A stretch of DNA of 58,516 nucleotides from Calditrichia bacterium. GTDB lineage: Bacteria > Calditrichota > Calditrichia > Calditrichales > J004. The stretch is from positions 1 to 58,516 of the forward strand of contig JALTKX010000155.1 of the NCBI GenBank assembly GCA_027006055.1. The letters run 5' to 3'. Positions 20,001 to 30,074 of the stretch are shown here, piece by piece. Numbering within the stretch: position 1 is the first letter of the stretch; each line of letters opens with the position of its first letter. The notes under the pieces were generated by a model. The model did no database searches. It worked only from the letters and a program-made list of their open reading frames with translations, and was not told where the DNA came from. A program made the position numbers and the translations under genes.

Positions 20001-20405
20001 ATGCGGGCGTTAATTGTGGAAGATAATTTTACGAACCGTAAAATATTGCAAAGATTTTTAGAGGATAAGTTTGAAACGGATATCGCCGTGGACGGACTGG
20101 AGGCTGTTACGGCCTTCAAGGACGCCCTGAACGAAGAGAAACCTTATGATGTGATATTTCTGGATATTATGATGCCCAACAAGGATGGCATGGAAGTTTT
20201 GCGGGATATCCGGGAATATGAAGAAAAACAGGGTATTATGGGGCTTGACGGTGTGAAAATTATAATGACCTCTTCCCTGGAAGGGAATCATGATATTTTG
20301 AATGCCTTTAAGGCCGGCTGCGAGGCCTATATCGTAAAACCCTATAGCAAACAACAAATAGAAGCCCGGCTCGCCGAACTGGGCTGCACTGCGGTAACGG
20401 TCTGA
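20001..20405 (+). CDS. CheY-like single-domain response regulator
   Basis: ALIVED, FLDIMMP, MTS, YIVKP. Confidence 0.9.
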   Translation: MRALIVEDNFTNRKILQRFLEDKFETDIAVDGLEAVTAFKDALNEEKPYDVIFLDIMMPNKDGMEVLRDIREYEEKQGIMGLDGVKIIMTSSLEGNHDILNAFKAGCEAYIVKPYSKQQIEARLAELGCTAVTV

Positions 20406-20409
20406 TCCC

Positions 20410-20841
20410 ATGCTGATGTATAATGTCAACCGGACAGAAGACGGTCTGTGCTTTGAGTTTAGCTCAAGCTATACTTATGTGGATAAAACCGTGGAGAATT
20501 GTGTTGGTTTTGTTCGTGAAAAAAGTCTGGATATCAGTGAGTTTGACCTCTCCGTAACATTGCATGAGGTGCTGTCCAACGCGGTGCGCCACGGCAACAA
20601 GAATAACCCGGAAAAAAAGGTTTATTGTAATCTGTATTGGAAAGATGACCTGTTACGGATTGAAGTCAGGGATGAAGGAACGGGACTCCCGTCCGGAGAC
20701 AGCCTGAAAAGGGAATCCGGAACGCTGGAACCCCATGGTATGGGCATGTCGATTATTGAAGGGCTTGATTTCGAATGCAGTTATGTGTCGGAGAAAAACA
20801 TGGTGTTATTAAAAAAGAAGGTAAAAGTACATCCAAATTAA
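20410..20841 (+). CDS. RsbW/SpoIIAB-like anti-sigma factor Ser kinase (HATPase_c)
   Basis: HEVLSNAVRHGN, VRDEGTG, HGMGMSII. Confidence 0.85.
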   Translation: MLMYNVNRTEDGLCFEFSSSYTYVDKTVENCVGFVREKSLDISEFDLSVTLHEVLSNAVRHGNKNNPEKKVYCNLYWKDDLLRIEVRDEGTGLPSGDSLKRESGTLEPHGMGMSIIEGLDFECSYVSEKNMVLLKKKVKVHPN

Positions 20842-20850
20842 GAGGGGAAA

Positions 20851-21129
20851 ATGAGCCAAACTATTACAGTACAACCGGATTATAATATAACCGTTTCCAG
20901 CAGTGATGTGTTAAAGGACGAGTTGTTGCGTCACATCAGAGAGGGCGCGGAGCATATCGTTGTGGATTTTTCGCAGGTTAAGATCATCGATTCAACAGGA
21001 TTGAGCGTGCTTATATCCACGCACAACACAATTAAGGATAAACATCCGCTGGAATTAGTCAATGTTTCCGATGATATAAAAAGGCTGCTGGCCATTACCC
21101 GGCTGGATAAGCACTTTCAGGTGAATTAA
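20851..21129 (+). CDS. STAS-domain anti-anti-sigma factor
   Basis: VVDFSQVKIIDSTGLSVL (phospho-Ser motif), ITRLDKHF. Confidence 0.9.
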   Translation: MSQTITVQPDYNITVSSSDVLKDELLRHIREGAEHIVVDFSQVKIIDSTGLSVLISTHNTIKDKHPLELVNVSDDIKRLLAITRLDKHFQVN

Positions 21130-21171
21130 GCCTTTTTCCGGCAAAAGAGATAAATTTACGAGGGCAATATT

Positions 21172-24100
21172 ATGGCCATGATCGAAGATGATGAAATCAT
21201 CAGGGTGTTTATTGAGGAGTCAACCGAACATCTGGATGGTATTGAAAGTGACTTCCTGGAGATAGAAAAGGATGGCGCCAATATGAATGTGGACCTGATC
21301 AATAAGGTCTTTCGCGCCATTCACTCCGTAAAGGGAGGCGCCGGGTTTTTAGGGCTGGATAAAATAAAGGAACTGGCCCATGAAATGGAAAACCTGCTGA
21401 ACCTTATGCGCAACGGCGAACTGGTTCCCACGCCGGAGATCATCAGTATCCTTCTTTCGGGTAATGATAAGTTGAACGAACTGATCACACACTATGCCGA
21501 ATCCAATGAAATGGATATTGCCGAGGAAGTGGTTATGCTTAAGGGCGCCACAACCGCCGCGCTACCCGAGGAAGAAAAAGACAGTGTGGAAATCGAAGAA
21601 AAGATATGCCTGCCTAACGGTTACCATGTTTTTTGCGCTAAAAAGCTTGAACTGGATCAGGCGCAAAAGGCGGGCCGTATCCTCTATCTGGCCGAGTTCG
21701 ATCTGCTTCGTGATATCGAACGTAAAAACAAGTCCCCTCTTGATATCATTAAGGAAATACAACAGGCGGGTCAGTTGGTTGAAAGCAAGGTGGATATTGC
21801 CGCCGTGGGCACCCTCGATGAGCAAAATAACAACATGCGCATTCCCTTTTATGTCCTCTTTGCCACGGTGCTGGAGCAGGACCTTGTGGGTAAGCTGATA
21901 AATCTGGATGACTCCCACATCTATTATTTCAATAAGGAGCGTAATATTTTTCCCCTCTCCGCCGCCAATGACGCGGCAGAGGAACTTGCCGGAAATTTAA
22001 AGGGGTCTGAGGAAAGCCCTGCTCCCGGGCCCAACATCGAACAGGAAAAAACGGAAGCAGCGCCTCCTCCTCCCGCGCCCGAGGTTAAGGAAGAGAAAAA
22101 CGCGGCGCCCGTCGGGAAAAGCGCTCCCGCCACTCCCCCAAAAAGCACCGCATCCAGGGCAAAGACAGGCGGAGCGGCAAAGGAAAGCCATCCTACATTT
22201 GTTAATGAAACACTGCGGGTTAATCTGAAGGACCTGGATACCCTGATGACCCTGGCCGGAGAACTGGTGCTTACCCGCAATCAGTTATTGCAGACACGCA
22301 ATCAGAATGACGCCAAGGAACTGGAGAATGCCATCCAAAGGGTGGATCTGATCACCTCCGAATTGCAGGAAGCCATCATGGCCACGCGCATGCAGCCCAT
22401 CGGTATCGTTTTTAACAAATTTCAACGGGTGGTGCGCGACCTTTCCAAAAAGCTGAATAAGAAAACGGAGCTGGTGATAGAAGGCGAAGGCGTTGAGATG
22501 GATAAGACCATCATCGAAGCCATTGGCGATCCCCTGACACACCTTATTCGAAATTCCGTGGATCATGGCATCGAGGATGTGGAAACACGCGCCGCCAAGG
22601 GCAAATCGCCCACGGCCATACTGCGCCTGAGCGCCCTGCACGAAGCCGGGCAGGTGGTAATAAAAGTGGAAGATGACGGAGCGGGCATAGACCCGGAAAG
22701 GATCAAGGCCAAGGCTCTGGAGAACGGTTTTATCTCCGCCGCCGAGTTGGAGGAGATGAGCGATAATGAAATAATCAAATTGATTTTCCGTCCCGGTTTT
22801 TCCATGGCCAGGGAAGTTACGGATATTTCCGGCCGCGGCGTGGGCATGGATGTGGTTTTTAGCAATCTTTCCAAGCTGGGCGGTACCATAGACATTCAAT
22901 CCAAGGTAGATGTGGGTACCACCATAAGCATTAAACTGCCGCTTACCCTGGCCATTATTCCGTCGCTCATTGTCCGCGTGGATGAAGACCGTTTTGCCCT
23001 GCCCCAGGTTAACCTGGTGGAACTGGTGCGCGTGTCCGCCGGTCAGGCCGCCAACCGTATTGAAAAAATAGACAATGCCGTGGTGATGCGTTTACGCGGC
23101 GCCTTGCTTCCCCTTATCGACCTGCGCCAGGTACTGCGGGGCGAGGGAAGCGGCTTTACCAATCTGGAAGAGAATAACGAGGCCACCAATATTGTGGTTG
23201 TTAACGCGGGTAGCTTTAATTACGGTATTATCGTCGATGATTTGCTCGATTCGGAAGAGATCGTTGTTAAACCGTTGGGGCTGCATTTACATCATCTGGA
23301 GACCTATGCCGGCGCGACCATTTTGGGGGATGGCCGCGCCGCGCTTATCCTGGATATTGTGGGGATAAGCAAGGCCATGAAACTAAAACCGGTTAAGCAG
23401 AAGCAGGAAGAGGAAGAAAAACAACTGGAAAACCTGCTGGGGCAAAAGGACAGCCAGTCCATGCTACTGCTTAGCAACGGACACGATGAACAGTTTGCCA
23501 TTCCCCTGGGACTGGTATCCCGTATAGAAAAAATCCGTAAGGAGGAGCTGACGGAAACAAGCGGCCGCCGCGCTTTAAAGTACCGCGGAGGCACGTTGAT
23601 TGTTCTGGCTATTGAGGATGTGGCTCCGGTAAAACCAAGGGTAGAGACAAACACACCCTATGTGGTTGTTTTTAAATATGGCGGCAAGGAAGTCGGTGTT
23701 GTCGTTTCGCATATTATAGATGTTGTCGACTTCCTCACGGATATTGACGAGGATACTTTCCGCCAACCCGGCATAGTGGGGTCTTCCATTATTATGGATC
23801 GGATAACCCTGTTGATCGATTTGTATGGCCTGGCCGCCGCGGCCATGCCCGAACGACTGGTGGAATTGGAAGAAGAAGTACAACGTGGCAGCGGTCATAA
23901 GAAAAACACCATCCTTATCGTGGAAGATTCAAAATTCTTCCTTAATCAGATAAAAGGCTTCACGGAAGATGCCGGCTATAATGTTGTCACCGCGCTTGAC
24001 GGCGTGGAGGGTCTGGAACGGCTGGAAGCCATGGAGAAGGAGATCGACCTTATCCTGACCGATATTGAAATGCCCAATCTTGACGGTATTGGTTTTACCC

Positions 24101-24282
24101 GTGAGGTTCGCGCTAAAAGGGAGTTTCAGGATATGCCCATTCTTGCCCTCACGTCGGTTGCCGGCGAGGAGGCGGAAAAGGCCGCCCTGGAAGTGGGCAT
24201 AGATGAATACCTGATAAAACTGGATCGTGAAAAGGTTTTATCTAATATAGAAAATTATCTGCAAAACGGACGTCAAAATTAG
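21172..24282 (+). CDS. cheA: Hybrid CheA (Hpt, P2-like, dimer, kinase, two CheW domains, C-terminal REC)
   Basis: FRAIHSVKG, RNSVDHG, SGRGVGMDVV, two CheW-type segments and ILIVEDS...LTDIEMP. Confidence 0.96.
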   Translation: MAMIEDDEIIRVFIEESTEHLDGIESDFLEIEKDGANMNVDLINKVFRAIHSVKGGAGFLGLDKIKELAHEMENLLNLMRNGELVPTPEIISILLSGNDKLNELITHYAESNEMDIAEEVVMLKGATTAALPEEEKDSVEIEEKICLPNGYHVFCAKKLELDQAQKAGRILYLAEFDLLRDIERKNKSPLDIIKEIQQAGQLVESKVDIAAVGTLDEQNNNMRIPFYVLFATVLEQDLVGKLINLDDSHIYYFNKERNIFPLSAANDAAEELAGNLKGSEESPAPGPNIEQEKTEAAPPPPAPEVKEEKNAAPVGKSAPATPPKSTASRAKTGGAAKESHPTFVNETLRVNLKDLDTLMTLAGELVLTRNQLLQTRNQNDAKELENAIQRVDLITSELQEAIMATRMQPIGIVFNKFQRVVRDLSKKLNKKTELVIEGEGVEMDKTIIEAIGDPLTHLIRNSVDHGIEDVETRAAKGKSPTAILRLSALHEAGQVVIKVEDDGAGIDPERIKAKALENGFISAAELEEMSDNEIIKLIFRPGFSMAREVTDISGRGVGMDVVFSNLSKLGGTIDIQSKVDVGTTISIKLPLTLAIIPSLIVRVDEDRFALPQVNLVELVRVSAGQAANRIEKIDNAVVMRLRGALLPLIDLRQVLRGEGSGFTNLEENNEATNIVVVNAGSFNYGIIVDDLLDSEEIVVKPLGLHLHHLETYAGATILGDGRAALILDIVGISKAMKLKPVKQKQEEEEKQLENLLGQKDSQSMLLLSNGHDEQFAIPLGLVSRIEKIRKEELTETSGRRALKYRGGTLIVLAIEDVAPVKPRVETNTPYVVVFKYGGKEVGVVVSHIIDVVDFLTDIDEDTFRQPGIVGSSIIMDRITLLIDLYGLAAAAMPERLVELEEEVQRGSGHKKNTILIVEDSKFFLNQIKGFTEDAGYNVVTALDGVEGLERLEAMEKEIDLILTDIEMPNLDGIGFTREVRAKREFQDMPILALTSVAGEEAEKAALEVGIDEYLIKLDREKVLSNIENYLQNGRQN

Positions 24283-24291
24283 GATACAGTC

Positions 24292-24750
24292 ATGAAAAAG
24301 AATGATCAGGAATGGATGGAGCTTACTATTTTTCAGGTAGCCGATGTCAACTGCGCCATGGATATCCTGAACATAAAGGAAATCATCAAACATCTGGAAA
24401 TAACCCGGGTGCATAACGCTCCGCCTTATATTCGCGGGGTGGCCAGCCTGCGTGGTGAAATTATAACCGTGGTGGACGTGCGGGAAAAATTTGGTTTCGA
24501 ACCCGTTCCGCTCAATGAGGATATGCGCATCATTGTTACTTCCTACAAGGGAGAAAACACCGGTCTGCTTGTGGACCGGGTTCTGGATGTACATATGGTG
24601 GATACGGATGCCATGGAGCCGTTGGCTTCCAATATTAACGGTGTAAACCGTGACTTCTTTTCCGGCATATATAAAATGGAAAGCGGCCTCTCCGCGGTAC
24701 TGAATACGGAGGCGCTGCTTCAGGGTGAACTGAATGAACATGTACGCTAG
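24292..24750 (+). CDS. cheW: CheW
   Basis: [26 protein letters not shown]. Confidence 0.93.
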   Translation: MKKNDQEWMELTIFQVADVNCAMDILNIKEIIKHLEITRVHNAPPYIRGVASLRGEIITVVDVREKFGFEPVPLNEDMRIIVTSYKGENTGLLVDRVLDVHMVDTDAMEPLASNINGVNRDFFSGIYKMESGLSAVLNTEALLQGELNEHVR

Positions 24751-24764
24751 AAGGGCGGTGCGCA

Positions 24765-26429
24765 ATGTTTAAGGATATGAAAATAAAATATAAACTTTTT
24801 GGCGGCTTTTTTTTGGCATTTTTAATTTTAGCCGCCGTGGCCATTAAATCCCAGTACGCGCTTACAACCATTCATGAAAAAGAGTTGCAGGTAAATCATA
24901 TGGTAGAACTGCAACAACTTTTTCTTAAAAAAATAACCGATCATTTTAAATGGGTGAACAGGGTTAATGAAGATATCGTGCGTCAAAGTACGGGGTTGAC
25001 CGTGGAAAAAGATGATCATGCCTGTTCCCTGGGCAAGTGGCTGTATGGCGACGGACGGCAAAAAACGATAAATATGTTTCCCGGATTGAAGGGAATATTA
25101 AGTGCCTTGGAAGAACCCCATGCCCGTCTTCATGCCTCTGCCCTGGGCCTGGAAAAGCTATTGCAATTAAAGGTCAGCCAGGTCGCCATCTCCAATTACT
25201 ATAAAAACAAAACCACACCGGCGCTTATGGATGTTCAGGCGGGCTTGCAAAAAGCGGTAGAAATACTAAGCGGAGAGGCCCAAACCGCGGGGCGGGAGCT
25301 TGAAGATATACAAAGGTCCGCCATCCAGTGGGGATATGGTCTTCTTATCTTTGCGGCTTTTGCTTTTATAGTAATCAGTATTCTTCTTTCAAATCTCATT
25401 GTAAAACCTCTGGCGGAGAGCGTGGAATATGCCCAGGCCATCCAGAATGAAGACTTAACCGTTTCCCTCTACAGTGACAGGGGCGATGAGATCGGTGAAT
25501 TGCAAAAAGCCCTCAATGACATGGGGGAGAATTTAAAATCCATATTGGGTGATGTGCTGAGCTATTCGGATCAACTGGCCGGCGCCTCGGAGCAGATGAA
25601 TGAAGCCGCGGGAAAGATGTCTATGGAGACGGCGCAGGTAAATGAAAAATCCCATACGGTGGCTTCCGCCGCGGAAGAGATGAGCATGACGATGAAGGAT
25701 GTCTCCAGTGCCAGCGAACATGCCACCGCCAATATGAATCATGTGGCCTCCTCCACGGAACAGATGAGCGCCACGGTATCCGAAATCGCGCAAAACTCGG
25801 AAAATGCCCGCTCTATAACGGAAAAGGCCGTCAGGTCCGTTGAACAGGCCTCCGCAAAGGTGGCGGTTTTGGGCGAAGCGGCCCGCCAGGTTACTCAGGT
25901 TGTGGAAGTGATAAATGATATCAGCGAGCAAACGAAACTTTTGGCCCTGAACGCCACCATAGAGGCGGCCCGGGCCGGCGAAGCGGGAAAGGGATTTGCC
26001 GTTGTGGCCAATGAGGTAAAGGAACTGGCCAAGCAAACTAACGACGCCATCGGAGAAATTCGTACAAAAATAGAAGCCATTCAAAACTCCACGGATGACA
26101 CCGTCGCCGAAATAAGCAGCATCAGCAAGGTAATCGGAGAGGTAAACGATACGGTGAATAATATTGCCACGGCCGTGGAAGAACAATCGGTAACCACCAA
26201 TGACATTGCCCATAATGTAAAAGACGCGGCAAATGGTCTGAACACCGTTTCCGATTCCGTAACACAATCGGCCATGGCGTCACAATCCATCGCGGCGGAT
26301 ATATCCATGGTTAACCAAACCAACGATCTGGTTTTGCAGGAGAGTCAACTGGTGAGTGAAAATGCCGGAGAATTGGCCAAAATGAGTGAGCAGTTAAAAT
26401 CCATAGTCCAACGCTTTCGCCTGAACTGA
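24765..26429 (+). CDS. MCP with a CZB (zinc-binding) sensor between two TM helices
   Basis: DHFKW...[12 protein letters not shown]...PHARLH (3 His/1 Cys), HAMP, tip [23 protein letters not shown]. Confidence 0.92.
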   Translation: MFKDMKIKYKLFGGFFLAFLILAAVAIKSQYALTTIHEKELQVNHMVELQQLFLKKITDHFKWVNRVNEDIVRQSTGLTVEKDDHACSLGKWLYGDGRQKTINMFPGLKGILSALEEPHARLHASALGLEKLLQLKVSQVAISNYYKNKTTPALMDVQAGLQKAVEILSGEAQTAGRELEDIQRSAIQWGYGLLIFAAFAFIVISILLSNLIVKPLAESVEYAQAIQNEDLTVSLYSDRGDEIGELQKALNDMGENLKSILGDVLSYSDQLAGASEQMNEAAGKMSMETAQVNEKSHTVASAAEEMSMTMKDVSSASEHATANMNHVASSTEQMSATVSEIAQNSENARSITEKAVRSVEQASAKVAVLGEAARQVTQVVEVINDISEQTKLLALNATIEAARAGEAGKGFAVVANEVKELAKQTNDAIGEIRTKIEAIQNSTDDTVAEISSISKVIGEVNDTVNNIATAVEEQSVTTNDIAHNVKDAANGLNTVSDSVTQSAMASQSIAADISMVNQTNDLVLQESQLVSENAGELAKMSEQLKSIVQRFRLN

Positions 26430-26444
26430 AATCCGGAGTAAAAA

Positions 26445-28088
26445 ATGACCATCAGACTGAAATTATTTGCAGTTATCGTTACGCTGTCCGCCCTGGGTAT
26501 GTTTATGTTTTTGGTTAACTGGCAGCTCAGTTCATCCCAGGAACTGGATGCGCGGGTTATCAATCTGGCCGGACGTGAAAGAATGCTCAGTCAGAAACTT
26601 TCCAAGGAACTGGTGGCCTTTGTTGAAAAAAAAGAGCGTGACGGCGCCACTCCCGAAGCCCTTAAAAAGTCCATTCTGGAAACCAGCGCAATTTTTGATA
26701 AAACCTTAAACAGCCTGATGCATTCGGGAGAAGCGCCATTAACACTTTCGGTGGAAGGGCCGCAAACATATTTGCCGGCGGCGGACAAGGAGATACAAGC
26801 GTCCCTTAGAACCGTTGCCGCCGTGTGGCGGGAGTTCGGCCCACATATAAAAAATATATTGCGGGGTGAATCCGTATTCAGCTCCCTGGACTGGATTTTG
26901 GATCACAACATGGATCTACTGGCAAAGATGAATATTGCCGTGGGACAATTTCAAAAGGCTTCCGAGGATAAAACGGAAACTGCTTTAACTTTTCAAAAGA
27001 TCAGTGCTGTTTTCGGGGCACTGGTGTTTATTCTGGCGCTTTACCTGATAACCGGTATTGTAAAAAAGATTAATGAACTAAAAAGTTACGCGGAGGCCCT
27101 GGGAACCGGTGACTTTACCGCGGAGCCCCCGGAAGCGTCCGAGGATGAGATCGGACAAACGGCGTCGGCCATCCGAGAGATGTCCCGCAATATAAAAAAT
27201 CTTGCCGGTGGAATAAAAAGCAATAGCGAGTTGCTTTCAGACTCTTCCGGTGAACTGATACAAATGGCCCGGGAATTGATTTCAAATTCGGGCAATCTAA
27301 ATGAAAAAGTGAACTCTCTGGCTTCCGCCTCGGAAGAGTTGAATGTAAACATGCATGATTCATCCGGCAGGGTGGGCCATTCCAGCGAGAATCTGAGCGA
27401 TCTGAACAATACCATCAGCGAGTTACAGAACACGGTTCAGGGGATCGCCGCAAATACGGGCAAGGCCAAAACTCTAACCGATGCCTCGGTTGAGAAGGTG
27501 GAAACCGCCAGCACCAGCATCTCTGCGCTCAGCACGGCCGCGCGGGAAATTAACCTGGTTATCGATATGATAGTGGAGATTGCCGAACAGACCAAGCTGC
27601 TGGCGCTTAACGCCACCATCGAGGCGGCGCGGGCCGGCGAGGCCGGAAAAGGATTTGCCGTTGTGGCCAACGAAGTAAAGGAACTGGCCAAGCAAACCAA
27701 TGCCGCAACGGAGAATATACAAAAACGCATTACCGCCATGCAGGATACAACACGCCAGACGGTACTGGACATCGAGTCGATCTCAGGCTCCATCCGCGAG
27801 GTTAGCGAGATTGTGAATGCCATTTCCTACGAGGTTGACCATCAAAATGAAGCCACAAACGGTTTTGCCGGCAAGGTGACCGATACGCACCGGGCCATGC
27901 AGGACGTAAGCAGGGGCGTTTCGGAAATTGCGGACGTCACCCGGGCCATTGTGGAGGATATCTCCACGGTGCAGCAGGAGAGCAGCCAGGTGGATAGCGC
28001 CGGGAACCTGCTTACCCAAAAGGCCAATCAACTGGTCGGCATAAGCGAGGAGCTGAAAAAAGGGTTGACGCACTTTAAACTAAACTAA
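26445..28088 (+). CDS. MCP with a NarX/PilJ-like four-helix periplasmic sensor
   Basis: P-box-like [19 protein letters not shown]2, HAMP and an MCP tip. Confidence 0.92.
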   Translation: MTIRLKLFAVIVTLSALGMFMFLVNWQLSSSQELDARVINLAGRERMLSQKLSKELVAFVEKKERDGATPEALKKSILETSAIFDKTLNSLMHSGEAPLTLSVEGPQTYLPAADKEIQASLRTVAAVWREFGPHIKNILRGESVFSSLDWILDHNMDLLAKMNIAVGQFQKASEDKTETALTFQKISAVFGALVFILALYLITGIVKKINELKSYAEALGTGDFTAEPPEASEDEIGQTASAIREMSRNIKNLAGGIKSNSELLSDSSGELIQMARELISNSGNLNEKVNSLASASEELNVNMHDSSGRVGHSSENLSDLNNTISELQNTVQGIAANTGKAKTLTDASVEKVETASTSISALSTAAREINLVIDMIVEIAEQTKLLALNATIEAARAGEAGKGFAVVANEVKELAKQTNAATENIQKRITAMQDTTRQTVLDIESISGSIREVSEIVNAISYEVDHQNEATNGFAGKVTDTHRAMQDVSRGVSEIADVTRAIVEDISTVQQESSQVDSAGNLLTQKANQLVGISEELKKGLTHFKLN

Positions 28089-28101
28089 GGGATGCGATGC
28101 G

Positions 28102-29202
28102 ATGAGCCGCAAAAAAATAAAAGTTCTTATTGTCGACGATACGGTTCTTTACAGGAAGATAATCAGGGACACCCTGTCATCCTTTGCCGAGGTGGATGTG
28201 GTGGGCACGGCCTCTAACGGGAAAATTGCCCTGTCACAAATTACCGCACTTAAACCGGACCTGATAACCCTGGATCAGGAGATGCCCGAGCTGAACGGCG
28301 TTCAGACCTTACGCATGCTTAAAGCCTTTAACGGAAAAATGCCGGCCACGGTGATGGTTTCCGCCCATACCACCAAGGATGCCGCCGTAACCATGCAGGC
28401 CCTGGAACTGGGAGCTTTTGATTTTATTACAAAGCCGGCCGGTAATACCATGCAGGCAAATATAGAGGCCCTGGAACAACAGTTTAAGCCCATATTGCAG
28501 GCCTATGCCATAAAAAGCAATCTTGGCCGGGGTAGGGTGGTACAAAAAGAGACCGCCCCCCCGGCGGGTAGCGGAAATATTAATCCGGATACCTTTACCG
28601 GGCAGCCCATTAAAAGCGGATTACGCCCCGACGCCGTGGCCATTGGCGTTTCCACCGGAGGGCCGAAAGCCCTGGCCCAGGTAATTCCGCATATTAGCGG
28701 AAGGCTTAGTCAGCCCGTTTTTATCGTGCAACATATGCCGGCCATGTTTACAAAAGCCCTGGCGGAGTCCCTTGATGAAAAGGCGCAACTACGGGTCAAG
28801 GAAGCCGAAAACGGCGAGGCCGTTCAAAGAGGGCATATTTATATCGCCCCCGGTGGGAAGCAGATGAAAGTGGTTAAAAGCCTTGCGGGGCAGGTGAGTA
28901 TAGAAATAACCGATGATGCGCCGGAAAATTATTGTAAGCCGGCGGCGGACTATCTGTTCAGGTCGGTTGCCGATGTTTACGGCAAAAGAACACTGGGGGT
29001 GATAATGACGGGCATGGGGCGCGACGGCGTTAAGGGACTGGACGTGTTAAAGAAAAAAGGCGCCGCCGTGCTGGCCCAGGATAAGAAAAGTTCCGTGGTC
29101 TTTGGCATGCCCATGGAGGCCATTCGCGCGGGTGTTGTGGATCAGGTGGCCCCTTTGTCTTCCCTGGCCGGGGAGATAAACCGGATTTGCGCCGGTATTT
29201 AA
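28102..29202 (+). CDS. cheB: CheB (cluster 2)
   Basis: REC plus GVSTGGP, QHMP, TGMGRDG. Confidence 0.96.
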   Translation: MSRKKIKVLIVDDTVLYRKIIRDTLSSFAEVDVVGTASNGKIALSQITALKPDLITLDQEMPELNGVQTLRMLKAFNGKMPATVMVSAHTTKDAAVTMQALELGAFDFITKPAGNTMQANIEALEQQFKPILQAYAIKSNLGRGRVVQKETAPPAGSGNINPDTFTGQPIKSGLRPDAVAIGVSTGGPKALAQVIPHISGRLSQPVFIVQHMPAMFTKALAESLDEKAQLRVKEAENGEAVQRGHIYIAPGGKQMKVVKSLAGQVSIEITDDAPENYCKPAADYLFRSVADVYGKRTLGVIMTGMGRDGVKGLDVLKKKGAAVLAQDKKSSVVFGMPMEAIRAGVVDQVAPLSSLAGEINRICAGI

Positions 29203-29218
29203 ATTAAGGTTACTAACT

Positions 29219-30061
29219 ATGTTAAAGTTATCCGGTAATGAGCTTTCGGTTATTTCAAAATTTGTGCGCGACTTAAGCGGAATCGTTCTCGATACCTCTA
29301 AATCCTATCTGGTCGAGAGCCGCCTGGGACCGTTGGCCGAGGAATATAATTGTAAAAATTACAGCGAACTTTATTTTAAAGCGCGGCAAGATCCCAGTAA
29401 GCGTATCGCCAATAGAATTGTAGACGCCATTACCACCAACGAAACCTTCTTTTTTCGGGATAACAGTCCCTTTGAGTTGCTGAGGCATAAAGTGATTCCG
29501 GATACGATTGATCGCATAATGGATAGCCCGCGCGCCTCCTTTCCTACAATGAAAATCTGGAGCGCCGCATGTTCCACGGGTCAGGAGGTATACAGCGTGG
29601 CCATTATCCTTAAGGAGCTATTGGGGGATGACATAAAACGCTGGCGCATTCAATTGGTGGGAACCGATATTTCCGACGCGGCCATTGCCCAGGCCAGTTA
29701 TGGCCGCTATAATAAAACGGAAATTTCCCGGGGATTAAGACCGGATCAATTAAAAAAATATTTTGAAGAGCATGAGAATTATACAAAAGTAAGCGATGAA
29801 ATACGCTACCTGGCAAACTTCCGGCGTTTGAACCTGCTGGAGCCGTTTGGCTTTATGGGCAAGTTCGACATCATACTCTGCCGTAATGTGGCCATCTATT
29901 TTGACATGGAAGACCGCAAAAGTCTTTTTGACCGTCTTGCGGACCAGTTGAACCCCAGGGGCGCGCTGCTTATCGGCGCCACGGAATCGCTGTTTGGGGT
30001 GAGTGATCGCTACGAAAGAAAAAGTTATATGAATTCCGTGTTTTATGAACTAAAAGACTAA
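29219..30061 (+). CDS. cheR: CheR (cluster 2)
   Basis: TTNETFFFRD, IWSAACSTGQE, GTDIS, CRNVAIYF. Confidence 0.96.
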   Translation: MLKLSGNELSVISKFVRDLSGIVLDTSKSYLVESRLGPLAEEYNCKNYSELYFKARQDPSKRIANRIVDAITTNETFFFRDNSPFELLRHKVIPDTIDRIMDSPRASFPTMKIWSAACSTGQEVYSVAIILKELLGDDIKRWRIQLVGTDISDAAIAQASYGRYNKTEISRGLRPDQLKKYFEEHENYTKVSDEIRYLANFRRLNLLEPFGFMGKFDIILCRNVAIYFDMEDRKSLFDRLADQLNPRGALLIGATESLFGVSDRYERKSYMNSVFYELKD

Positions 30062-30074
30062 GTTATAATGAGAG

